Positions 29,235 to 38,900 of a stretch of DNA of 64,000 nucleotides are shown piece after piece. Position numbers and translations under genes: made by a program. The notes below the pieces were generated by a model. That model was not told where the DNA came from. It saw only the letters and a list, made by a program, of their open reading frames with translations, and searched no databases. Numbering within the stretch: position 1 is the first letter of the stretch; each line of letters starts with the position of its first letter. Origin of the DNA: a virus; the IMG/VR virus record IMGVR_UViG_3300022752_005671, positions 123,070 to 187,069 of that record. One strand, 5' to 3'.

Positions 29235-29269
29235 CAAACGCCAGGAATCGACAAGGTTTCTGGCGTTTG
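29235..29269 (+). terminator. Hairpin / probable terminator after SSB
   Basis: CAAACGCCAGGAA ... TTTCTGGCGTTTG inverted repeat; weak U-tract. Confidence 0.55.
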
Positions 29270-29306
29270 TACTATCTGCGTGTTTAAGGAGATAATAACA
29301 AGACAT

Positions 29307-30500
29307 ATGGCAAAGAATAGACTAGAAGAAACGACTACGCATAAGAAGAGCGACGTTGATAATATGATGAAGGAATTAATTTCTTCTATCAATAAAGAAT
29401 ATGGAACTCGCATCGCATATAACTTGTCAGAAATGGATGCTCCTACTGTTGTAAAAAGGTGGATCGACACAGGTTCTATTCAATTGAACTATGCGATTCG
29501 TAATGAACTCGGCGGAGGATATCCAGAAGGTAGAATCATCGAGATTTCTGGATTACCTTCTTCAGGCAAATCTCATCTAGCTTATCATGCTGCAGCAGTT
29601 GCCCAAAAGATGGGAGGATTAGTCGTTTATATCGATACAGAAAATGCTACGCCTGTGCAAAAGCTTGCTGACATGGGAATTGACGTTCGTAAACGATTTG
29701 TCTACTGCGATTCTCACTGCACTGAAGAGGTCTTTTCTATCATCGAGTCTACAATTCTCAAGGCGAAGCAAGTTTTAGAAAAGAACATTCCCATTCTGGT
29801 TATTTGGGATTCTGTCGCAGCTACTTCACCAAAGGCAGAACTCGATGGTGAATATGAACAAAATTCTATCGGCCTGCAGGCTCGAGCTATCTCCAAAGGT
29901 ATGCGTAAGATTACCGGCGTCATTGGTCAGAACAATGTAACCTTATTATGCCTCAATCAAATTCGTGATAATATCGGAGTACTTCACGGAGATCCTCTAA
30001 CAACACCAGGAGGACGTGCAATTCCCTTCCACTCTTCTGTTCGAATTCGTCTTGGAAGCGGAAATCAAGTCAAGGATAAGAACGGCATGCCAATCGGTAT
30101 CCATACAACGGTTACAATTAAGAAGAACAAAGTTGCTCCACCTTTCCGTAAGTGCGAATTTGACATAATTTTCGGTAAAGGTATCGTCGAAGATGAATAT
30201 CTCTTTGATGAAGTTCGATCCCACTGCAAGGAGTCAGGTCCGGTAAAGAGAAGAGGACATACGATCAATATCTCTGGAGAAGGTGCATGGAAAGAATTGA
30301 GCGTCGTCAATGAAAAGACAGGCGAGGTTGTGGTAGAAAAGAAGTTCTATAAGTCTGAGTTTGGAAACTTAATGAGAGACGATATTCACGGGCCATTTAT
30401 CATGGAGGCAATTGATTCAGCTTTGACATTGACTTCAGGACCGGCAACTCCAACAGAGGGTGATGATAACGTTTCAGATGATGGAGGATCAGATGAGTGA
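29307..30500 (+). CDS. recA: RecA/UvsX recombinase
   Basis: GRIIEISGLPSSGKS Walker A, YIDTENA, WDSVAA, NQIR, TTPGGRAIPFHSSVRI, KNKVAPPF. ATG 29307 follows an AGGAG RBS. Confidence 0.95.
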   Translation: MAKNRLEETTTHKKSDVDNMMKELISSINKEYGTRIAYNLSEMDAPTVVKRWIDTGSIQLNYAIRNELGGGYPEGRIIEISGLPSSGKSHLAYHAAAVAQKMGGLVVYIDTENATPVQKLADMGIDVRKRFVYCDSHCTEEVFSIIESTILKAKQVLEKNIPILVIWDSVAATSPKAELDGEYEQNSIGLQARAISKGMRKITGVIGQNNVTLLCLNQIRDNIGVLHGDPLTTPGGRAIPFHSSVRIRLGSGNQVKDKNGMPIGIHTTVTIKKNKVAPPFRKCEFDIIFGKGIVEDEYLFDEVRSHCKESGPVKRRGHTINISGEGAWKELSVVNEKTGEVVVEKKFYKSEFGNLMRDDIHGPFIMEAIDSALTLTSGPATPTEGDDNVSDDGGSDE

Positions 30501-30942
30501 AAGACCAACAAATCCAATTTGGATCAAAGTTTTGACCGATGATGATTCATTAATTCCTGCGTATCAGACTCAAGGATCAGCAGCGTGCGATTTAAGATCT
30601 ACCGATGAAGTCACATTGCCTCCTGGTTCTAGAGTAATCATTGGAACAGGCATTAAGTTAGAAATCCCACGAGGGTTTGGAGCCATGGTGTGTTCTAGAT
30701 CTGGAATGGCTGCAAAGAACGGCATTCAGGTTCTTAATGCTCCAGGGATCATTGACACAGACTACAGAGGAGAAGTAAAAGTAATTCTTCATAACGCAGG
30801 CAAGGAAGAATTTATTATTAAAAAAGGAGATAGGGTTGCACAACTTTTATTTTTCCCAATTTTTCAAGCAATCTTTCAGAAGGCTACAGAAGTTTCAGAG
30901 ACGCATAGAGGTGAGGGCGGATTTGGAAGCACTGGAGTTTGA
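30493..30942 (+). CDS. dut: Trimeric dUTPase
   Basis: SAACDL, RSGMAAK, GIIDTDYRGEV, GDRVAQL, RGEGGFGSTG. Confidence 0.97.
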   Translation: MSERPTNPIWIKVLTDDDSLIPAYQTQGSAACDLRSTDEVTLPPGSRVIIGTGIKLEIPRGFGAMVCSRSGMAAKNGIQVLNAPGIIDTDYRGEVKVILHNAGKEEFIIKKGDRVAQLLFFPIFQAIFQKATEVSETHRGEGGFGSTGV

Positions 30943-31904
30943 GTTTGAATCCTGATCATCCAATTTTGATAATTGATGCGCAGAATCTTTTTTTACGAAG
31001 TTGGGCTGCGTATCCAACAATGAACAAGAACGGGGAACCGATGGGTGGATGCATCGGTTTCCTAAAATCTTTTCAACGAATCGTTCGTGAGATTCAACCT
31101 TCTTGTGTGTATATTGCATGGGAAGGTGGAGGATCTAGACGAAGAAGAAATCTTTATTCAGAATACAAACTGGGGCGTAGGCCTGAAAAACTGAACCGAT
31201 TCTATGGTGACGATATTCCTGACTCAGAAGAGAACAAAAAACATCAGTTGATAACTCTTCTTGGAATGTTAAAATTTGTTCCTGTTTGTCAAATCTACGT
31301 TTCCGACTGTGAAGGTGACGACATCGTAGCTCATCTATGCGAAGGTCCTCTTCGTAACGATGATAAGATCATCGTCTCTTCAGATAAAGACATGTATCAA
31401 TTGCTTGATGACGACACGAAGATTTACAGTCTTCATAAGAAAAAGATCGTCACAGCGGAAGAAATTTTTGAAGAATTTAGAATCAAAACAAAAAATTTTG
31501 CAATAGCAAAAGCAATTTGTGGAGATCCTGGTGACAATGTTCCTGGAGTAAAAGGTATTGGATTTAAAAAGGTTGCATCAAAAATACCAATTCTTGGAAG
31601 CGATCATGAACTAATTTTGCAAGAAGTTTTTGACTTTTGTCAATCCAAAATTGATGAGTCGATTATTTATCGTCGCATTATGGACAGCAAGGATGACATC
31701 AGAAGAAATTGGAAATTAGTTCATCTAGATGGAAGCATGCTGTCAGCAGATCAAGTTTCAAAGGTGCGACATGTTATCGATACATTCGTACCCAGGATGG
31801 ATAGGATGGGATTGATTCGAGCACTAGTTAAAGAAGGTATCGAAGGTTTCGATGTTGAAGGTTTCTTTTACGACCTCAGCTCTTTAATCGCTATTCAACA
31901 CTGA
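30939..31904 (+). CDS. 5'-3' exonuclease / flap endonuclease (T4 RNase H-like)
   Basis: LIIDAQNLF, EYKLGR, EGDDIVA, SSDKDMYQL, GDPGDNVPGVKGIGFK. Confidence 0.93.
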   Translation: MSLNPDHPILIIDAQNLFLRSWAAYPTMNKNGEPMGGCIGFLKSFQRIVREIQPSCVYIAWEGGGSRRRRNLYSEYKLGRRPEKLNRFYGDDIPDSEENKKHQLITLLGMLKFVPVCQIYVSDCEGDDIVAHLCEGPLRNDDKIIVSSDKDMYQLLDDDTKIYSLHKKKIVTAEEIFEEFRIKTKNFAIAKAICGDPGDNVPGVKGIGFKKVASKIPILGSDHELILQEVFDFCQSKIDESIIYRRIMDSKDDIRRNWKLVHLDGSMLSADQVSKVRHVIDTFVPRMDRMGLIRALVKEGIEGFDVEGFFYDLSSLIAIQH

Positions 31905-31913
31905 TTTTTATTT

Positions 31914-33335
31914 ATGACTACACAAAATACCACTCCGACATTCGGCACTTATGGCAAATCTTTTCAAGAAAAGATCATGCAAGCGTTGTTGACTGATTGG
32001 AAGTTTGCCGAACAGATGACGGAAGTATTTGATTCAAATTACTTTGAGTTGAAGTACTTACAGTTTTTATCAGATCGTTATTTTTCTTATTCAAAAAAGT
32101 ATAAAGTTTTCCCAACTTTGCAATTGCTTGTTACGATCATTAGAGAAGATCTTAAGATTGGTACTGATGTCATTCTTCGAGATCAAATCATCGATTACCT
32201 TCAAAGGATGAAGAGCAACCCAGATCCTGGAGATCTTCAGTTTGTCCGCGAAAAATCTCTAGATTTTTGTCGTAAGCAGGCTCTGAAAGCAGCATTAGAA
32301 AATGCGGTTGATCAGATGCAAGCAGACAAATATGAGTCGATTGTAGAATCAATTAAGAAAGCCGTCCAAGTTGGAACAGCTCCATCTGTAGGCCACGACT
32401 TCTTTAATGAGATGGATGCACGATTCACTAGACTTAAGCGTGATACAATTCCAACAGGCATTCCAGAGCTTGACAAAAAAGAACTATTAAATGGTGGATC
32501 AGGAAAGGGAGAACTTCTTTGCGTCGTCGGCGGCTCTGGTTCTGGTAAGTCTCACTTCCTTACGATGATTGGTGCTAATGCTCTTAGAAACGGAAAGAAT
32601 GTTCTTCATTATACCTTTGAGCTATCTGAAACAGCAGTCGGAATCAGATATGATTCAAACCTATGTGATGTTGATTCAAATGAAGTAATGGATCGTAAGG
32701 ATGAAGTAAAGTCATTCTATGAATCAAATAAAAACTTAGGAAGACTTTTTATCAAGGAGTATCCGACGAACACTGCTTCAATCTTTACGATTAGATCGCA
32801 CGTAGAACGTTTAGATCTTAAAGGATTTAAACCAGACATCATCATCATCGATTATGCAGACATCATGAGATCAACGAGACAATTTGACTCTTTGCGGCAT
32901 GAGCTTAAGCTTGTTTACGAAGAACTGCGCGGATTAGCAATGGAATACGGAATTCCAATCTGGACTGCTTCACAATCAAATAAAGAAGGTGCTAATGCAG
33001 AAGTCATTGATATGACGAACATGTCAGAAGCATATGGCAAGGCAATGATTTGTGATTTTATTATCTCTGTGTCTCGTCGTTCGCATGAAAAGGCTAACGG
33101 ATGGGGTAGGTTATATGTCGCGAAGAATCGTGCAGGCCGCGATGGATTAATTTTCCCAGCAAAGATTAACACTGCAAGAAGTCAATTCGAGATCGTCGGC
33201 GCCGCAGACGTTCCTGATGCGGCAACTGTTTCTGATGATGAAGCTCAAAAAAGAGCATTAAGAGCCAAATGGCAAGAATTAAAGAAAGAATTTTCGACAC
33301 AAAAGCCAAACAATTTGGAAGCCAGCGTTATATAA
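31914..33335 (+). CDS. dnaB: Replicative helicase (DnaB/gp41 family)
   Basis: GGSGSGKS Walker A, YTFELS, IIIDYADIM, WTASQSN, KNRAGRDG. Confidence 0.93.
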   Translation: MTTQNTTPTFGTYGKSFQEKIMQALLTDWKFAEQMTEVFDSNYFELKYLQFLSDRYFSYSKKYKVFPTLQLLVTIIREDLKIGTDVILRDQIIDYLQRMKSNPDPGDLQFVREKSLDFCRKQALKAALENAVDQMQADKYESIVESIKKAVQVGTAPSVGHDFFNEMDARFTRLKRDTIPTGIPELDKKELLNGGSGKGELLCVVGGSGSGKSHFLTMIGANALRNGKNVLHYTFELSETAVGIRYDSNLCDVDSNEVMDRKDEVKSFYESNKNLGRLFIKEYPTNTASIFTIRSHVERLDLKGFKPDIIIIDYADIMRSTRQFDSLRHELKLVYEELRGLAMEYGIPIWTASQSNKEGANAEVIDMTNMSEAYGKAMICDFIISVSRRSHEKANGWGRLYVAKNRAGRDGLIFPAKINTARSQFEIVGAADVPDAATVSDDEAQKRALRAKWQELKKEFSTQKPNNLEASVI

Positions 33336-33361
33336 TTAAATTTCCCCACTGAGAGACCAAT

Positions 33362-35941
33362 ATGACTTACACACGTGATGAAGCATACAAGGCATCTTTA
33401 AAGTACTTTAATGGTGACGAATTAGCAGCAAGCGTATTTTGCGATAAATATGCTTTGAGAAATCCTGGAGGTGGATTGTTAGAACTCACTCCATCGGATA
33501 TGCATCGAAGATTAGCTCGTGAGTTTGCTAGAATTGAAGCAAAGTATCCAAATCCTCTTTCTGAGAAAGAGATCTTTTGCCTTCTTGCTGACGTTGAACA
33601 CATCGACATTTCACAACGCGCCGCGATGTCTATTGAGGAACTTGCTAAGGAATCTCGTGGCTTAGGTCCAGTCGTACCCCAAGGTTCTCCAATGTCTGCG
33701 ATCGGAAATGAATTTCAGTATCAGTCGTTATCGAACTGTTTCGTGATTCAGTCTCCTTATGATTCTTACGCAGGAATTCTTAAGGCTGATCAGGAACAAG
33801 CTCAAATCATGAAACGCAGAGGCGGGGTTGGTTTTGACATCTCTACCATTCGACCAAAGGGTATTGTTACTGCGAATGCTGCCCGCACCACTGATGGCAT
33901 CGGCGTCTTTATGGAGAGATTCTCTAACACTTGCCGCGAGGTTGCACAAGGGGGCCGTAGAGGTGCTTTAATGTTAACGATTGATGTTCATCATCCAGAA
34001 ATTAGAACATTCGTTAACATTAAAAGAGACCTTAAGAAGGTGACTGGAGCAAATATTTCCATCCGCCTTACTGATGAATTCATGCAGGCGGTGAAGGACG
34101 GAAGCAAAGTTCAGTTACGGTTTCCTGTTGAGAAGGATGCAAAACACTCAGTCGAAGAAATGGTCGATGCCAAACAACTTTGGCACGAGATCATCGAGGC
34201 AGCATGGGCTTCAGCTGAACCTGGTCTACTTTTTTGGGATACAGTTAAACGAATGACTCCAACAGAAGCATACGCAAGCGTTGGATATGGTTCAACTTCT
34301 ACAAACCCGTGCGGGGAGATTGTTCTATCACCCTATGACTCTTGTCGGTTGCTTCTTGTCAACCTCTACAAGTTTGTCAAGAATCCATTCACGTCAGCTG
34401 CCGCTTATGATAACGAAAAATTCAAAGATGTTGTGGTTAAGGCCCAACGTCTTATGGATGATCTCATTGATCTAGAGATTGAAGCTGTCGATAAGATTAT
34501 TTCAAAGATTAAAAACGATCCTGAACCAGAAGAAGTAAAGCAATCTGAACTCAATCTATGGAAAAAGATTAAAGAAGCAGCTTTAGGTGGTCGTAGAACT
34601 GGATTAGGTATAACTGCTCTCGGCGATACCTTAGCAGCCATGGGATTTGTTTATGGGTCCAAACATTCTATTCAAATGACGGAGTCTCTATATAAGTCCC
34701 TTGCTGTTTCCTCTTATCGTTCAACAATAACAATGGCTGAAGAACGCGGAGCTTTCCCTGTCTTCTCGCACAAGCTCGAGGCGGAACATCCATTTATCAA
34801 ACAAATCCTAGAAGCAAATCCTGAGCTTGTCAAGGACTACAAGAAACATGGCCGTCGTAACATCGCGATTACCACAACAGCGCCGGCAGGTTCTGTCTCT
34901 GTTCTTACACAAACAACATCTGGTATTGAACCGGCATTCATGTTGTTTTATAAACGTCGTAAGAAGGTTAATGGTGATGATCCATCTGCAAGAGTCGACT
35001 TTATTGATCCCCTCGGTGATAAGTGGCAGGAGTACACCGTCTATCACCATGCCTTTAAGAAGTGGATGGAGGTAAATCATAAGACCGAGGAAAACGTTAC
35101 GGAATCTCCATACCATGGTGGTACTGCAAACGAGATCGATTGGGTTGCCAAGGTTGATCTACAGGCCGCGGCACAAAAGTGGATCTGCCATTCAATCTCT
35201 AACACAACAAACATTCCAAACTCAACTTCGGTTGATGTTGTCAAGGACATCTACATGAGAGGTTGGGAGACTGGATGCAAGGGCGTTACCATTTATCGTG
35301 ATGGTTGCCGAACCGGCGTTCTTGTTGCAGAGACATCGAAGGTAGAAACTAAGAATGTTGATGGTCAACCGGAGACATTGGTAGAAAGCCACGCACCAAA
35401 GCGTCCTAAGGAATTAACGTGCGATATTCATAGAATTAACGTGAGGTCAGGAAGCGACAACGAGTCATATCTCGTTCTTGTCGGCAAACTTGAAGATAAA
35501 CCTTATGAGATCTTCTGCGGACTATCACAACATGTTGAGGTTCCAAAGAAAGCCAAAACAGGTACTCTCATTAAGAATGGTAAGAAGGATGGTGTAGCGA
35601 CCTATAATCTCCAGATTCCAATCGGAGATGACGATCATCTTCTTTTTAAGGATGTTGTCGAGCTTTTTTCTAATCCAAACCATGGAGCAATGACGAGGAC
35701 ACTTTCTCTTGCTCTTCGTCACGGAGTACCAGTTCAATATGTCGTTGAACAGTTACAAAAGGACAAGCATAGCGGATTGCAGTCTTTTTCGAAGGCAATT
35801 GCTAGAGTTCTTAAAACATACATTCCAGACGGAACTAAATCGCAATCTGATAAGATTTGTGGATCTTGTGGTCTTGAAGGTATTGTCTATAAGGAAGGGT
35901 GTGCAACTTGTAATTCTTGCGGATGGAGTAAGTGCGGGTAA
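33362..35941 (+). CDS. nrdJ: Class II (adenosylcobalamin-dependent) ribonucleotide reductase
   Basis: LSNCFV, RRGGVG, GGRRGALM, TNPCGEI, TAPAGSVS..TTSGIEP, CKGVTIYRDG, C-terminal TSCPD-like and zinc-ribbon parts. No beta subunit gene nearby. Confidence 0.9.
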   Translation: MTYTRDEAYKASLKYFNGDELAASVFCDKYALRNPGGGLLELTPSDMHRRLAREFARIEAKYPNPLSEKEIFCLLADVEHIDISQRAAMSIEELAKESRGLGPVVPQGSPMSAIGNEFQYQSLSNCFVIQSPYDSYAGILKADQEQAQIMKRRGGVGFDISTIRPKGIVTANAARTTDGIGVFMERFSNTCREVAQGGRRGALMLTIDVHHPEIRTFVNIKRDLKKVTGANISIRLTDEFMQAVKDGSKVQLRFPVEKDAKHSVEEMVDAKQLWHEIIEAAWASAEPGLLFWDTVKRMTPTEAYASVGYGSTSTNPCGEIVLSPYDSCRLLLVNLYKFVKNPFTSAAAYDNEKFKDVVVKAQRLMDDLIDLEIEAVDKIISKIKNDPEPEEVKQSELNLWKKIKEAALGGRRTGLGITALGDTLAAMGFVYGSKHSIQMTESLYKSLAVSSYRSTITMAEERGAFPVFSHKLEAEHPFIKQILEANPELVKDYKKHGRRNIAITTTAPAGSVSVLTQTTSGIEPAFMLFYKRRKKVNGDDPSARVDFIDPLGDKWQEYTVYHHAFKKWMEVNHKTEENVTESPYHGGTANEIDWVAKVDLQAAAQKWICHSISNTTNIPNSTSVDVVKDIYMRGWETGCKGVTIYRDGCRTGVLVAETSKVETKNVDGQPETLVESHAPKRPKELTCDIHRINVRSGSDNESYLVLVGKLEDKPYEIFCGLSQHVEVPKKAKTGTLIKNGKKDGVATYNLQIPIGDDDHLLFKDVVELFSNPNHGAMTRTLSLALRHGVPVQYVVEQLQKDKHSGLQSFSKAIARVLKTYIPDGTKSQSDKICGSCGLEGIVYKEGCATCNSCGWSKCG

Positions 35942-35948
35942 TATTTAG
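35941..35948 (+). promoter_or_regulatory. Putative late-promoter element ATATTTAG
   Basis: ATANTTA motif 5 nt before the 35954 ORF. Confidence 0.45.
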
Positions 35949-35953
35949 TTTTT

Positions 35954-36280
35954 ATGAAAATAAAAGTAAAAGATCTTAAAAGATTAATCAGAGAAAGTTA
36001 TGCGCGCGAAATTCCTCAATATGTTGTTGATGAAATTTACGTCGCAGCTTCAAGATTAGATCCAAAAAAAGCTGGTAAATATTGTAAAGATCAGTTAGAA
36101 CATTATTTTAAGATGCATATTAATTCTACTTCTTCAAACCCAGCTGATATGAGAGCCAAGATCATTAAAATGCATAATGTTCTATCAAACATGGAAGAAG
36201 AGATTAAAGAATTAAAAAACGTTAAAGAAGAATTGAAAGAAATTATTGATCAAAACATTAGACGTTTCTTGTTCATTTAA
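35954..36280 (+). CDS. Hypothetical protein with MKI..L..LI.E leader
   Basis: Starts MKIKVKDLKRLIRESYARE. Confidence 0.7.
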   Translation: MKIKVKDLKRLIRESYAREIPQYVVDEIYVAASRLDPKKAGKYCKDQLEHYFKMHINSTSSNPADMRAKIIKMHNVLSNMEEEIKELKNVKEELKEIIDQNIRRFLFI

Positions 36281-36321
36281 TTCTTGTGTTCAATCAAAAT
36301 AGTACATAGTAATATAGCCTC

Positions 36322-36981
36322 ATGCCTTCTCAACCCAATAAAGTTGAACTAATTGGTTATTACGGTTCTGATGAAACTCATGCTCTTTCTGCTTGGACTT
36401 CAACGTCAAGAGATTTGACTGAGGATAAGAAAGAAAGAATTCCAAAGCTCCTAAAGATGTTGGCTGAAAATTCTCATGAAACTCCCTTCGAAAAGAGTTC
36501 ACTGCATTTTTTGGTTACATCTGACGTGAGCGCCCACATCCACCTCCTCAAACATCGAATCGGCGTTTCAATCAACGCCGAATCTGCGCGATACAAGGAA
36601 CTAAAGGAAGACAAGTATTATGTTCCCACGGATTGGCCAGCGGAAGAAAAAGAGCTCTACATCGAACACATGGAATCCAGTCTACAGAAGTACCACTCAA
36701 CGTTGGAGAGGCTGGTTCAAAAGGGGATGAGTAGAAAGCGCGCCAAAGAATCTGCACGTCTCTACCTTCCTTATGGAAATCAGATCACGGCTGATGTTAT
36801 GTTTAATTTCCGTAGTTTTGTTCATTTTCTAAGGTTAAGATATTCTGAACATGCTCAAGTTGAAATTAGAGACATTGCAAAACAAATGTTGGATTTAGTT
36901 CATTCAACTGGATCTTTTAATCATACGATGGAAGCATTTGGATTGACGGTTGAAGGAAACCTGAGAGGGCCTTTCACATGA
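36322..36981 (+). CDS. thyX: FAD-dependent thymidylate synthase
   Basis: HETPFE, HLLKHRIGVSINAESARY, KESARLYLP, NFRSFVHFLRLR...HAQVEIR. Confidence 0.93.
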   Translation: MPSQPNKVELIGYYGSDETHALSAWTSTSRDLTEDKKERIPKLLKMLAENSHETPFEKSSLHFLVTSDVSAHIHLLKHRIGVSINAESARYKELKEDKYYVPTDWPAEEKELYIEHMESSLQKYHSTLERLVQKGMSRKRAKESARLYLPYGNQITADVMFNFRSFVHFLRLRYSEHAQVEIRDIAKQMLDLVHSTGSFNHTMEAFGLTVEGNLRGPFT

Positions 36982-37571
36982 GTAAGATAATCGTAATTGA
37001 AGGTCCAGATAGAGTGGGTAAACAGACTCAAACTCGTCTATTAAAAAGAAAACTTGGAGAACGAGGATTTTCTTCAATTGTTATTGAAGTACCAATTAAA
37101 TCTGCAGTAACATATCCAATCATTTATTGGATGCTTCAAAATGGCACGGCAAAAAAGTTTCCAAAAATCTTTCAATGGTTTCAATACATGAATAGAAAGA
37201 TTTTTCAAATGTTTAAATTGCCTCGTCTTGAGGAGGATTACGATTGCATCATAATGGATAGATGGAGTTTATCTACCATCGTATATGGTGCAGCAGAAGG
37301 TGTTCCTCTAGAATATACGATAAAGTTGGCTAGAAAATTGAGAGAACCTGACCACACGATCATTCTTCATGGAAATTCTTACGTTCATGAAGCAGAAGAT
37401 TCATATGAAGCAGATTCTGAACTTCAAAAAAATGTTAGAATCGAGTATTCAAAATGGGCAGCGAACAATCCAAATACGACCACACTTATTGATTGTAGAC
37501 AGGAAAAAAAAGTAATTTCAAAGAAAATTAGAGATGTTTTATATAAAAAAGGAATTTTAGAAAGACCTTAA
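36978..37571 (+). CDS. tmk: Thymidylate kinase
   Basis: IVIEGPDRVGKQTQ P-loop, IMDRWSLSTIVY. Confidence 0.85.
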   Translation: MSKIIVIEGPDRVGKQTQTRLLKRKLGERGFSSIVIEVPIKSAVTYPIIYWMLQNGTAKKFPKIFQWFQYMNRKIFQMFKLPRLEEDYDCIIMDRWSLSTIVYGAAEGVPLEYTIKLARKLREPDHTIILHGNSYVHEAEDSYEADSELQKNVRIEYSKWAANNPNTTTLIDCRQEKKVISKKIRDVLYKKGILERP

Positions 37572-37625
37572 TTTTATAATACAAATAGTTTTTTTTATGT
37601 ATGATTTAACTAATTTAGAGGTGTT

Positions 37626-37889
37626 ATGAACTATAAAATTTCTGATTCAGTTGCGATGCGATTCATTCAAATCTTTCAAGAGGCAATTCTTATGGGAGTT
37701 GATGGCGCAGACCTTATGCGACAAGTTCGTCTAACTGTAGATGAGTCGACTCCTGACACATTAACTTTGCATCCCGAATATGAGAAGATGGTCGAAGCTC
37801 AACACAAGAAATATCTAGAAGATGCAGAAAAGCTAAAGTCTCAATCTGAAACTTTACCTAACGTTCCAAAGTTAATTTTTGAAAATTAA
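37626..37889 (+). CDS. Hypothetical protein
   Basis: 87-aa ORF with a GAGGT RBS. Confidence 0.7.
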   Translation: MNYKISDSVAMRFIQIFQEAILMGVDGADLMRQVRLTVDESTPDTLTLHPEYEKMVEAQHKKYLEDAEKLKSQSETLPNVPKLIFEN

Positions 37890-37896
37890 TGTAAAG

Positions 37897-37971
37897 ATGA
37901 AATTTGCGTTATTTGTGATATTGTTTTCTATCATCATCATTATGAAGGCTTCAAACACGAAGGACTATTGA
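37897..37971 (+). CDS. Possible 24-aa hydrophobic peptide (MKFALFVILFSIIIIMKASNTKDY)
   Basis: Fills the gap, and its TGA overlaps the next ATG (TGATG); not in the ORF track. Confidence 0.35.
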   Translation: MKFALFVILFSIIIIMKASNTKDY

Positions 37972-38336
37972 TGGATAAGCTTCAAGAAATGTGGGATCAA
38001 CAAAAACAATTTATGGATTTGTTGCGAGAGCAACGCGACTTTCCTCCATTTCCAGTTGATCCAACCTCTAAGTCTGGTCAAAAACTTCTTAAAGGAATTA
38101 CGCATGAATGTATGCATGAACTTTTTGAAGCGAACCAGACATTAAAGAATTCAAAGGATCATCGTGCGACTGATGTAAAAGAGTTTGATAGAGAGCATTA
38201 TGTTGAAGAGCTAGTTGATGCCCTTCATTATTTTTTTGAAATTGCAATTCTTAGCGGTATAACTTTAAATGAACTTCATAATTCATACATGAAAAAAGGT
38301 AAAACTAACGTAGATAGAATTAAAAACGGATATTGA
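37971..38336 (+). CDS. All-alpha NTP pyrophosphatase (dimeric dUTPase / T4 gp56 dCTPase-like)
   Basis: HECMHELFEA...YVEELVDALHYFFE...YMKKGKTNVDRIKNGY pattern. Confidence 0.75.
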   Translation: MDKLQEMWDQQKQFMDLLREQRDFPPFPVDPTSKSGQKLLKGITHECMHELFEANQTLKNSKDHRATDVKEFDREHYVEELVDALHYFFEIAILSGITLNELHNSYMKKGKTNVDRIKNGY

Positions 38337-38445
38337 TAAAAAAAATACTTTTACCCCTTTTCAAAAATTTAATGATGTTTATCATGTCTCCGTAACGATG
38401 GAATGCAACAAATCCATCGACTTTTATAAAAAAGGAGATAGAAAA

Positions 38446-38805
38446 ATGTTGACTAGATACTATGATAGTATTCGCACGCCTGTGTTTAGTTTATTTGATC
38501 CGTTTAAAGTTTTTAATGATTTTGAAACGTCAAGTCTTCAATCTAGATTAGACTCTATTGATGAAGAAGGAATTAAAGTTGAACTTCCAGGTGTTAAAGC
38601 CGCCGACGTTGACGTAACTGTAGAAGGTAGAACTTTAAAAGTTTCAGGTAAATCTAGGCACGGAAAAGAATTTAGCTATGTTTATAATTTGAGATCGACA
38701 GTAGACGAATCAGGAATTATCGCGAAACTTGAGGACGGTCTCTTGTCAATCTCTTTGCCAAAGAAAAAAGAGAGTTCTGCAAGAAAAATTCAAGTTTCTG
38801 GTTAA
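38446..38805 (+). CDS. Small heat shock protein (Hsp20)
   Basis: VELPGVKAADVDVTVEGRTLKVSG...AKLEDGLLSISLPKK; AAGGAG RBS before ATG 38446. Confidence 0.9.
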   Translation: MLTRYYDSIRTPVFSLFDPFKVFNDFETSSLQSRLDSIDEEGIKVELPGVKAADVDVTVEGRTLKVSGKSRHGKEFSYVYNLRSTVDESGIIAKLEDGLLSISLPKKKESSARKIQVSG

Positions 38806-38827
38806 AGGTTGTTTTTTAGTTGATGCT

Positions 38828-38860
38828 AAAGGTTCGATAAAAAATCGAGCCTTTTTGTTT
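38828..38860 (+). terminator. Rho-independent terminator
   Basis: AAAGGTTCGAT-AAAAA-ATCGAGCCTTT followed by a T-rich tail. Confidence 0.75.
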
Positions 38861-38869
38861 TTGTGGCAT

Positions 38870-38877
38870 ATAATTAA
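38870..38877 (+). promoter_or_regulatory. Putative late-promoter element ATAATTAA
   Basis: ATANTTA motif after a terminator, 23 nt before the 38901 ORF. Confidence 0.45.
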
Positions 38878-38900
38878 TCGTATCAATTTGGAGACATATT

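Noticed and set aside
33362-35941. Intein or intron in the ribonucleotide reductase, a common insertion target
   Set aside because: The ORF is continuous and of normal length, with no Cys/His-Asn splice motifs around TNPCGEI.
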